From Squalus acanthias (Eukaryota), in the NCBI GenBank assembly GCA_030390025.1, contig CM059429.1:34162001-34226000 (forward strand): a stretch of DNA of 64,000 nucleotides, in the 5' to 3' direction. Numbering within the stretch: the first letter of the stretch is position 1; each line of letters begins with the position of its first letter. The notes beneath the pieces were generated by a model that was not told the DNA's origin, searched no databases, and worked only from the letters and a program-made list of their open reading frames with translations. Shown here in pieces: positions 12,301-24,300 of this stretch. Made by a program: the position numbers and the translations under genes.

Positions 12301-15300
12301 AGGAACAGTCCTGAAAGGTACATTGGTCGAGAAACCTTTAATATTGGCACAGATGTTAGCCCTCTGGTGTTGCACACCTTTCTTTGATACGAGTCACAAA
12401 ATTGGCTGGCACCCACTTTAGTGCTATTAAGTACCAGAGTAAAGAAAGTGTTCCAAAATTTTGAAGATGAATAGTGTGGCATAGGAAGCTTTTGATGCAG
12501 CTGAAGCTAATTGATGTTGATTGGTACTTTAATCTTAATAGCAAACCATGTCTTCCAAATGCCAGTGCCATATGGTGTAACTTCACCTGGGGAAAAAGTC
12601 CCATTCGTGCATTTTCTCTGCACACAAATGCTCATGAGAGATTCCCATTATCAATTTAAAGGATTGATTTGAAATTATATTCCTTGTCATGTGATGTCTG
12701 ACGATATGATCATACTGCTGCACAATATTATATCTCTTATGGAACTGATAGTTAAGTATGGCATTGGGGCATTAGTACTAGTCCAATTTAGCTTAAACAA
12801 ATGGGGATCTGTTGTGTTCTTTGAATACTGGTCTTTTTCCCAGAAGGATCTCTGGATGACAATGATGTACCAATGCACTGGAATCTGACTGAAATATTTC
12901 AAACATTGGCACTACATGTTGTGCCTCATAATTGGAGTTCTGTTCCTCAGAGTCCAGGTTTCTCCAGCTATTCCATTTTGGATTTATGCATACTATGTTA
13001 ATTTCTAGGGCTTCAGCTCTCGCACACGTCAAACCCCCATTTCCTCAGAAAAGGAATTCAAAAAGTTAATAGCTGGAGAAAACTATTATAACTTTGAAGG
13101 CAACCTTGAGATGACGCAGCCATTCACTACACCCGTATTTATCAAAAGCCATCTCTTTTGGGCCACTGAAATCATAGAATGATACCAGAACTGAGAGGGT
13201 ATACCTGTCAGGAAAAATTGAACAGGCTGGGACTCTTTTCTCCAGAAAAGAGAAGACAGGGGTGACCTGATAGAGCTTATTAAAATTATGAAAGGGTTTG
13301 ACCGGGCAGATGCAGAGATGGTGTTTCCAGGGGCCATAAATATAAGATAATCACCAATAAATCCGATAGCGAATTCAGAAGAAACTTCTTTACCCAGAGA
13401 GTAGTTAGAATGTGAAACTCACCACCACAAGGAGTATTTGAGGTGAATAGCATAGATGCATTTAAGGGGAAGCTAGATAAGCACATGAGGGAGAAAGGAA
13501 TAGAAGGATATGTTGATGGGGTTAGATGAAGAAAGGTAGGAGGATTCTGGTGTGGAGCATAAGCACCGCCTGTTGGGGGCGAATGGCCTGTTTCTGTGCT
13601 GTAAATACTATGTAATCATAGAATCATGCAGCACAGAAGGCAACCATTCGGCCCATCTTGCCTGTGCCAGCTCTTTGAAAGAGCTGTCCAATTTAGTCCC
13701 ACACCCCAGCTTTTCCCCCATAATCCTGCAAAATAGTTCTCCAAGTACATGTCCAGTTGCCTTTTGAAGGTTCCAATGGAATCTGATTCCACTATCCTTT
13801 CAAGTAATGTATTCCGGATCATCATATCCTACTGTGAAATATTTTCTCATTTCCCCTCTAGTTCTTTTGCTAATTATTTTAAAACTGGTTACCGACCCAC
13901 TTGCCAGAGGAAAGTTTCTCCCCCCTTGCTCTATCAAAACGCCTCATAATTTTGAATACCACTATTAGGTCTCCTCCTAACCTTCTCTGCTCTAAGCAAA
14001 TAATCCTAGCTTCTCCAATCTCTCCACATAACTGAAGTCACTCATCCTTGGTATCATCACCTCTGTACCCTCTCCAAGGCCTTGACATCCTAAAGTGTGG
14101 TGCCCAGAATTGTACACCATACTCCAGCTGAGGCCTAACCAGTGATTTGTAAAGGCTTAGCCTGACTTTTTTTTAATTCAATGCCCCTATCGACAAAGCT
14201 AAGTATCCCATACTCTTAATTGCCTTGCCACCTTCAAGAATTTGTGAATATGCATCTCCAGGTCCTTCTGCTCTTGCACCTCCTCAAAACAGTACCATTT
14301 AGATTATACTGCTTCTCCATGTTGTTTCTCCCAAAGTGCATCACTTCACACTTAACTGCATTAAATTGCACCTGCCATGTGTCTGCCCATTTAACCAGTC
14401 TATGTCCTCCTGAAGTCTGCATATACGTGTGTGTGTGTGTATATGCGCAATGGTCCGAATACTGATCCCTGGGGGACCCCACTGCATATTTCTCTCCAGT
14501 CAGAAAAGCATCCGTTCACTACTACTCTGCCTCTTATCCTTTATCAAAAGCCTTTTGAAAGTCCATGTATACATCATCGACTGCACGACCTTCATCCAAC
14601 CCTCTTTGTTACTTCATCAAAGAACTCAATCTGGTTCGGCAGACACAATTTGTCTTTTAACAAATTCGTGCTGGCTGTCCCTTATTAACCCATGCTTCCT
14701 CCAAGTGAGAAATGATTCTGTCCTCGACAATGGTCTCTTGTAGTTTTCCCAGCACTGATGTTAGACTGATTGGCCTGTAGTTAACAGGTTTATCCTCCTT
14801 TTTTGAAAAGGGGTTTAACATTTTCAATCCACCAGTCCTCTGGCACCACTCACTTATCCATGGAGGATTGAAAGATTGTGGTCTGAGCTTCTGTTATCTC
14901 CACCCTGGCTTCCCTCAGCAACCTAGCATGCATCCCATCTGGATTGGGTCACTTGTAAACTTCGAGTGATGCCAACCTATTTAGCACCTTTTTATCTATT
15001 ATCCTATCCAATATCTCTATCCTATCCAATATCTCTACCCCATCCCTCTTCTGCAACATTAACTTCATCTTTTGTGAAGACAGTGCAAAGTACTCATTCA
15101 GTACCTCAGTCATACCCTCTGCCTCCACAAGATGATTTCCTTTTTTTGTCCCTAATTGGTCCTACCATTCCCTTAACTATCCTTTTACTTTTTATATGTA
15201 GGCAGAAAGCCAAACTGCTAGAGCAATCTAATTGACATACCAGATATACTGTACAAGGGTGTCCTTTCTCATTCATGCATCCATGTGGAAATAAGAAATC

Positions 15301-18300
15301 AGTTGATCTTGCTTCCCATCCCTCCTTCGGTATGTTACATTATTGAAGTAGGGGTTCGGTTCTTTGAGGATAAGGAAGCAAGATGCCGCAACCTTCTAGT
15401 AGCAAGAAAACTATTAACAAGAACAAAGTTTAAAAAAACTCTAACATGGTTCTAAACCACTCCAGGTCAGAAGGAGAATGAGCATTAGACAGGAAGGGAC
15501 ATTTGTATGTGGAGGTTGAACTTCTCTCAAAGAATGAGGAATACTCTGCCTGTGGTAAGTAATGTAACATTCCTCCATTTTTTTTTTTCAACCTCCACAT
15601 CCAAATAAGGAAAAACAAATTGTGGGCCTTTGGCCTACGTCTCCAGGCTAGTTTGGAATACTGTATTATCAGGTTTATCCTATATTAAAGCAAGCATGAT
15701 GATGCTTGGTGAAAGCATGTAACTGCTCCATGCTCCAGGTCGTCACGTTTATACATGATTTATTGAAGAGCCCTACAGATGTTAGCCCAAAAAGTGGCCA
15801 CTGCAAGTTAAATGACAGCTATCTTTCTCTGGTAGGGAGTAACACCAGTTCACAAACCATCTTTAAGTACTAGATTTAAGTATAGCCGTGTTTCATACGA
15901 AACGCGCTCTATTTGGATAAAACTTCGGTGTCCTATCTACATGTGTTTGCAGAGGCATTTGTAAAATACACCAGGCAAAAGGTATTAGAGAATATAGCTC
16001 CATGGTTTGGAAGATGACAGGGTCAGAAAACAGAGAAGGGTGTAATGGAGTGTTTTTCAGGTTGGCTGATGTGGGTAATGCTTTGACCCAGCAGACTCTG
16101 TTGCGATCGGGGTTTTCCAGTTATATAAATGGCTTGGACTTGTGCACAGTAACTTTGATGTTTGGCTATAATAGGTTAGGGAGTACAATAAAATTAAGAA
16201 TGCAGGAGATTGCAGGCCATAGACAGGCTGGTGGAGTCAGCAGATATGCAATAGATGCAGAGAAAGATGAATTAATATAACCTTTTGGTAGGGAAGGATG
16301 AAATTTGCAAGGAGGCATACCCCAAATGGTAAACTTCTTAAGAGGAACAGAGATTGTTAAAGGTAGGTGTGCAGGTAGAAAAGGAAAATGGAATACTAGG
16401 TAAAGTCTAATTTTTATATATACTAGTTGATCCTCCTGTGGCTTTGCATACAGGGGGTCACAATTAATTATCGTCTTCTGGGCCGGTGTTAAATCGGCTA
16501 GGGTGTGAAAATTTCACTTGTCCTCATTCAAATTCAGACATTCTGGCTTTATTTTATGTAACACTTTTGATGCTATTGATAGTTAAATAGCAAAATTTGA
16601 GAAGTAGGGCATACTGAGGAGCTGGGAGATTCAAAATTTAAATGCTACAGCATAATTTTATATAGTTGGGTCTAAATGATATGTTCTTCGGTTTTGAAAT
16701 AGTCAACATTTTATTCTGTTTTGGTTTGATTTGAAGTGTGTGTTGATTTTACAGGCAAACAAGACTCCACTTCGTCCTCTTGACGCAAGCAGAATCACTG
16801 GAATGAGTTGTGGGCCAGACTTCACGCCTTCCTTTGCTAATCTAGGACGACAACCGATTGGAAGAGGCCCAGTAAGTTGGACTTTGGAGACTATGATCGA
16901 ATGGTAGTTAACGGCAATTGATATTTCAAGGTGGTGTCTTCTTGCGAAGTTATACACCTAATATTTTAGCATTAGGGGTACGAGGCCCCCTGGGGAAGAG
17001 TGACCATAGTATGGTGGAGTTCTACATTAGGATGGAGAAGGAAACAGTTAAGTCAGAGACCATGGTCCAGAACTTAAATAAGGGCGACTTTGAGGGTATG
17101 AGGCGTGAATTGGCGAGGTTAAATTGGCAAGCGATATTTAAGGGGCTATCAGTGGAAGGGCAATGGCAGACATTTAGAGATCGCATGGATGAACTACAAC
17201 AATTGTACATCCCGGTCTGGCATAAAAATAAAAAAGGGAAGGTGGCTCAACCATGGCTAACAAGGGAAATCAGGGATAGTATTAAAACCAAGGAAGTTGC
17301 ATACAAATTGGCCAGAAGTAGCAGCAAACCCGGGGACTGGGAGAACTTCAAAACTCAGCAGAGGGGGACGAAGGGTTTGATTAGGGCAGGGAAAATAAAA
17401 TATGAAAGGAAGCTTGCAGAGAACATTAAAATGGACTGCAAAAGCTTCTATAAATATGTAAAAAGAAAGAGGTTAGTAAAAACAAACGTAGGTCCCCTGC
17501 AGTCGGAAACAGGGGAAGTCGTAATGGGGAACAAGGAAATGGAAGATCAATTGAACAAGTACTTTGGTTCGGTGTTTACTGTGGAGGACACACACAACCT
17601 GCCGGAAATAAAAGGGGTCAGAGGATCTGGTAAGAGGGAGGAGCTGAGGGAAATCCTTATTAGTCGGGAAAAGGTATTGGTGAAATTGATGGGACTGAAG
17701 GCTGAAAAATCCCCGGGGCCTGATGGTCTGCATCCCAGAGTACTTAAGGAGGTGGCCTTGGAAATAGTGGATGCATTGACGATCATTTTCCAACATTCCT
17801 TAGACTCTGGATCAGTTCCGATGGAGTGGAGGGTGGCCAATGTAACCCCTCTTTTTAAAAAAGGAGGGAGGGAGAAAGCAGGGAATTATAGACCGGTCAG
17901 CCTGACATCGGTCGTGGGTAAAATGATGGAAGCAATTATTAAAGATGTCATAACAGACCATTTGGAAAGTGGCGACATGATAGGTCCAAGTCAGCATGGA
18001 TTTGTGAAAGGGAAATCATGCTTGACAAATCTTCTGGAATTTTTTGAGGATGTTTCCAATAGGGTGGACAGGGGGGAACCAGTAGATGTGGTGTATTTGG
18101 ACTTTCAGAAGGCCTTCGACAAGGTCCCACACAAGAGATTGGTGAGCAAAGTTAAAGCACATGGGATTGGGGGTAATGTGTTGACGTGGATTGAGAACTG
18201 GTTGGCACACAGGAAACAAAGAGTAGGAGTAAATGGGTACTTTTCAGAATGGCAGGCAGTGACCAGCGGGGTACCGCAGGGTTCGGTGCTGGGACCCCAG

Positions 18301-21300
18301 CTGTTTACATTATATATTAATGATTTGGACGAAGGGATTAAATGTAATATCTCCAAATTTGCGGATGACACTAAATTGGGAGGCAGTGTGAACAATGAGG
18401 AGGATGCTAGGAGGCTACAGAGTGACTTGGACAGGTTGGGTGAATGGGCAAATGTATGGCAGATGAAGTACAATGTGGATAAATGTGAGGTTATCCACTT
18501 TGGTGGTAAAAATAGAGAGGCGGACTATTACCTGAATGGTGGCAGATTAGGGAAAGGGGAGGTGCAACGAGACCTGGGCGTCATGGTACATCAGTCACTG
18601 AAGGTGGGAATGCAAGTGCAGCAGGCAGTCAAGAAAGCAAACGGAATGATGGCCTTCATAGCAAGGGGATTTGAGTACAGGAGTAGGGAGGTGATGCTAC
18701 AGTTGTACAGGGCCTTGGTGAGGCCACACCTGGAGTATTGTGCGCAGTTTTGGTCTCCTAACTTAAGGAAGGACATTCTTGCTATTGAGGGAGTGCAGCG
18801 AAGGTTCACTAGATTGATTCCTGGGATGGCCAGACTGACACATCAAGAAAGATTGGGTCAACTGAACTTGTATCCTCTGGAGTTCAGAAGAATGAGGGGG
18901 GATCTTATAGAGACATTTAAAATCCTGACTGGTTTAGACAAATTAGATGCGGGCAGAATGTTCCCAATGGTAGGGAAAACTAGAACCAGGGGTCACAGTC
19001 TAAGGATTAAGGGGAAGCCATTTAGGACTGAGCTGAGGAGGAACTTCTTCACCCAGAGAGTGGTGAATCTATGGAATTCTCTTCCACAGAAGGTTGTTGA
19101 GGCCAGTTCGCTAAATATATTCAAAAGGGAGTTAGATATAACACTCACAACTAAGGGGATCAAGGGGTATGGCGAGAAAGCAGGAATGGGGTACTGAGGT
19201 AGCATGTTCAGCCATGAACGCATTGAATGGCGGTGCAGGCTCGAAGGACCGAATGGTCTACTCCTGCACCTATTTTCTATGTTTCTATGTCTATGTTTCT
19301 ATTTGATTTCTTGAGCACTGGTGACAAATTTGAAAAGGCATGTAACCTTGTATAACTGATCAAACTGAATTCTGCAGCAGTTTATTGGTACTCTGTTCTT
19401 TAGCAGCTAAAGGTTTAACCAAAAACACTCCCTGGCTTTCCACTGTATATTTCCAAGCATTTTCCGAAACCAGATTTATGTACATTTATTAACAGCTTAA
19501 AGGGATATGGTTAACTTTTGTGAACAAGTTCCTTTTGGTTCTAAATGGCAAAATGCTGTGGCTACTCGTGTTACAGCTGGTGCAGCAAATGTACTTTTGT
19601 CCCCCTTCCCCATGTGAAGCCGTCTATTATTTGATGCCTAAAGCCGATAAATTAAACCTTAGTGGAGATTATCAAAAAAATACAGAAATTACTACTTCTA
19701 CGAGTTAAATTGACAAAGTAGTATGAAGAATAGAAGACTGTTATGTGCATGCTTGGGATGATGCCCCAACTGTATCTCCTGACTTTGCTTTTGTCCAAGT
19801 TCAGAAACTTGGACACTCTCAAATTCTGCATTAGTTTCTTTCCATATCTAATGCAATTACACATGTGCCAGTATCCTCACTGTCCTCCTAATACTGAATT
19901 GAAATCCGCACTATCCTCCCTGTTTCGGTTTTCTCTTCTGTACCCAACCGTAATCATCGCCACTCATACGAGTGTGCAGTCCCATGGGTGTCAGCAGCCG
20001 TTTGATCTTTCACCCAGACAGCCATTCGTAATGTGTGAAAACACTTAACAGTCAGGATTACTGGACAGTATTCCCCTTCCTGATCTCTGGGTGAGTTCCC
20101 CACCCCCCCAATTATGCTTTTCTTCCTCATCTTACACCCTTACTACAAAGTGGCTGGCCACCTGATAGGCATTGCATTTCAAAACTAGATGGAAACTTGA
20201 TGTGTTGTTTGCCTGTGCCCTGTCTTCCTCTTTTGGGCTGAATGTTGAACAGGCACTGTCAGGCAAGGCGAGATGAAGCTATTTGTAGTCCTACACCAAG
20301 CCTTCCAAAAGTCAAATGTATTGGGAGGCCAGTCACCTCATGGTGATCATTATCGCTTGTTTTAAATTGCTGGCTTTAAAAGAGATAAATGTATAACTGC
20401 AACTTTTGTTACCATTGTATTCTGGAATTTTGCCTTGCCTATTTATTGTGTACAGTGATTTGAAATATGTATTTTGGTGTCATAAAGGTGGCGCATGTTT
20501 TCCTGAAAGACCAATCGCATGCATGCTCAATTGTTTTCAAGCCTTCAGGTGTGGGCCCGAGAAGATCTCAGCAAGGCCAGAGGAAAGAGCCGCGCAAAAT
20601 TATTGCAACTGTCTCTCTAAATGATGACATACAACTTAAGAAGGCAGAACATGCCTGGAAACCTTCTGTAAAGAAACCAACTGAGGAGGATGACCCAGAT
20701 ATGATAAAAACACAGGTAGCCATTTGGCAGCATTTTGGGCTGTTTGATATTTCTACAGAATGGATTGGAAAAGTCACTTTTTTTAAATGTTGCAGTTTTA
20801 AAGCAAAGTGTATTCACACAAAATGAGCTAGGTGTTGATGTTTTCCCTATCAACTCAAGTCCTCAGTTTATTAGCCGATTTCTGCAATGGCTAAACACCT
20901 CATTAATGCAGGCCCATTGGTCCCTTCCTGCTGTGGACTGTTACAATATTTCTTTTTGAAAAGCCAGAGGCACTGGTAGTCAGTTAGGTTTTTAAAACTG
21001 CTTCAAGTTTATTGTATAGTTGGGTATTGGGCAGTATGGCACACTATTAAACTTAAGACATGCAAACAGCTTACAGGAGTTACTAACGCCACTGTACTCG
21101 AGATAATATCTAAGGCAGGAACCTAAACTTTTAATAATGCACGTAACTGTATAAACCCACTGAATTTGCTCATTTGGTAATGCATATGAATTACACTTGC
21201 ATATTTTGACGCAGTCAGCATTTTGATTGGACCAATTGCAAATGTTAGTTTCTGCTAATTGGCCAATAGCTATAACTAAGCCCGTCACTTTTCCTGGAAA

Positions 21301-24300
21301 CTAACTATTATAGTATTTTGTCCAGGAGTTATATAGAACAGATTAAAAGTGTGTGATTAGTACTGCATTAATGAGTGCAATGTATAAAAATGGAACCCAA
21401 GTCCAGGAGTAAGCATGAAAACTAAATAAATTCCAGATTGCTGACAGTTGCCCAACTTAGTTCTGCTTTGTGCTTGCATTAATTTAGTACCAGATCAGTG
21501 ATTTCCAGGTCTAATGCTTTTCTGCTTGAATGTTGTAGAAATGAAATGAGCCTTGTCTTTTATTAATCTAATTATCCACTAACACTGAATTATATTTGTG
21601 ATTTGGGGTGCGTTTGGGTTGGGGGGGGGGGGGGGGGGGGGGAAGGAGGCGTTTTGGGAAGGGGGTGCAACTATGCAGTCAAAGGCATCATAACTCCCTT
21701 TGCAGTGTTTGGCAGCTGGCTATGGCCAGGTCAGTTGTCTTGGGTCTGGCCACAGACAGGCTGAGCTGATGGTGCACTTGAACCATTACTTACTTTTATT
21801 ATTTAGGAATTGCTTTCATGCTGGTTCCTCTCCTATAGGTCCTGGGATGATTGCAGTCTTGCAAATAGAACCTTGAGGTAACAGTGCGAGTGCAGTCCCT
21901 TTAAATTGCATTGTGACTTCCAAACCTTGTGCGAATGCACTTCTGTTTTGTATATTTGGCATCAAAGGAATCTCGTTATATTTTGGAAGTGTGATGTGGC
22001 ATGTAAATTAAAACCATACCACTGAAACAGTATTGAGCCTCAAACAAATCTTGCATTCTGAAAAGAACTGAGCNNNNNNNNNNNNNNNNNNNNNNNNNNN
22101 NNNNNNNNNNNNNNNNNNNNNNNNNNNNNNNNNNNNNNNNNNNNNNNNNNNNNNNNNNNNNNNNNNNNNNNNNNNNNNNNNNNNNNNNNNNNNNNNNNNN
22201 NNNGGAACTAGACTATTTTAAAAATCTTTTTTAAAGAGGTCTCCTTTGTTTTGTATTCTGGTTTAGTCCTTGTGGGGGTGGTGGGGGTCTACCATTTCAT
22301 GGGTCTTTGCTTCTTTTGGCTACCTGTGGCCTGGTTTGGAACTACCTGGTTAGGAGGATCCACTACTGGCTGGCTATTGCATACTCAGCTGGTACTGGTC
22401 CAAAGCATCAGCTCCCATTGAAGTCAACTGGAACTGGTTCAAAATGACCCACAGCACATTACCAGAGAGACTTTTTAATGGTGGCCGACCCACCGGTCTA
22501 TGAACCAAACAATATAATGCAAAACTAAAATCATGTCTAAAAGATGAGCGGTCATGTTGATTTTTTTTCCTCTCCTACTTACTTGATAAGTTACTGGAGG
22601 GAAAAAAAACTTGCTGGATTACAAACATTTTAAAAATAGAATGCGCTTAATCTGTACAGTTTGGATGATACGTTGGTTCACAACTGCAGTTTATGCAATT
22701 TACTAGTTTACTTTGTGTGATTTGCTCTGAAGCCTCTGAGCAGTGTGTTCTGAAGATGCACTGAAGGTGCACAGGAGTAGATGGGGATGAGTCCCCGTCG
22801 CCCCCTGCCCCGTTCCACTTCCACAGTGGGGAAATGTCTGGCTTTTGCTGAGGTCAGGAACTTGAGAATTGTGAGCCTGTGACCTACCATTTTTAAGATT
22901 TTCTTTGACCACAAATTGCTTAAGGAAAAAAATACATGATCATGAAGTTAATTACATTCCATCCCCTCCCCTCCCCACCAGCCCCCCCCCAACTGCCAAA
23001 CTGTCGTGATTAGGCAGCGTGAAGGATTGTTGCTTCCTTCCACAATGTGCAAGTAATAGATTGCAGTATAATACTTATAAGCTGAATAGTGCACTAATGC
23101 AGAAACTGGTTTTCACTAATGATCAGTTGTAACACTGATATTCCTATTTGTGTGATCTCTCTCATTTTTATGCATGCATCAAAGCAGTATTAATACTTGG
23201 GGAACCTTGCTGTTTTGTTACATAGGAGCTGTTCCGAAAGGTGCGCAGTATTTTGAACAAACTGACACCCCAGATGTTCCAGCAGTTGATGAAACAGGTG
23301 GCAGAATTGACAATTGACAATGAAGAGCGGTTAAAGGGAGTTATTGACCTGGTCTTTGAAAAAGCCATTTCTGAGCCAAACTTCTCTGTTGCCTATGCCA
23401 ACATGTGCCGCTGTCTCACAACAGTAAGTACCCTTTAACCCCTGTTGATATTTTGGAATGATTCCAGCAGTGAATTGTGGTAACTTCAGGAATTTTGAAA
23501 GCACTGAAATAGCATACCTGCTAGCTGAAATGTGTACAGTAATTGAAAAATATTAAACTGCTGTTCTTCCATAAGATTCATTTATTAGCTGTGAAGAGTA
23601 TATCCTATCTGAGGTATTCAGACATTTTTGGGCCATAGATAATCAATCTATGGTAGATTTGAGGATTTGAAAAATTGAATAGCACATTATAGGGTAGCAA
23701 GAAGTCTGAGCTGCCTGTTGAGCATGCATTGAAATAATGAGGTTGCTTTAGGACTATGGACCCAAGTTATAGATCCATATAGATCAGGCTGTAGAACAGT
23801 ATAATATATTTCCATTTGTTGCTAAAATATACCAGTTATGCAACAGAAGACCAAATAGATTGATATTTTAATACGCGATCACCTTGTTATCTGTGTTGCA
23901 CATTATGTGTGCGTGTAAAGTGTAAGAAGCAGTCTAAAGTGAATTTGGAGTTAAAAGCCATGGATATGATAGTGTACACAGTATACTTTGGAAAGTTGGT
24001 TTCCTACTCTCTTCCCCTCAATTATTAATTTTTAAAAGGGTAACTTCTTGCTCCTGTACTTTTAACAGCTGAAAGTTCCAATACCAGACAAGCCTGGAGC
24101 AACTGTAAATTTCCGGAAGTTGCTATTAAACCGATGTCAGAAGGAATTTGAAAAAGACAAAGACGATGATGCTGTAATAGACAAAAAACAGAAGGAAATT
24201 GATGCTGCCGCTATGGTAATTAACTTAATTTCTTACAAAATGATCTAAAATAAATTGAGCTTTTTAGGGTAAAATTGAATGAGTTTGAGATGCTTTCATG

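Noticed and set aside
16872-19197. Possible eIF4G1-reverse transcriptase fusion, or a host gene of 759 aa
   Set aside because: Read-through from the exon hits TAG after 11 codons and the CR1 ORF is in another frame; the ORF start is a non-ATG call in intron sequence.
21621-21642. Poly-G run (and poly-C run at 53607-53630)
   Set aside because: Simple homopolymers of unreliable length; G-quadruplex potential alone is not evidence of function.
22074-22203. Missing exon in the assembly gap
   Set aside because: Flanking exons join in frame as KTQ-ELFRKV, matching the known protein.
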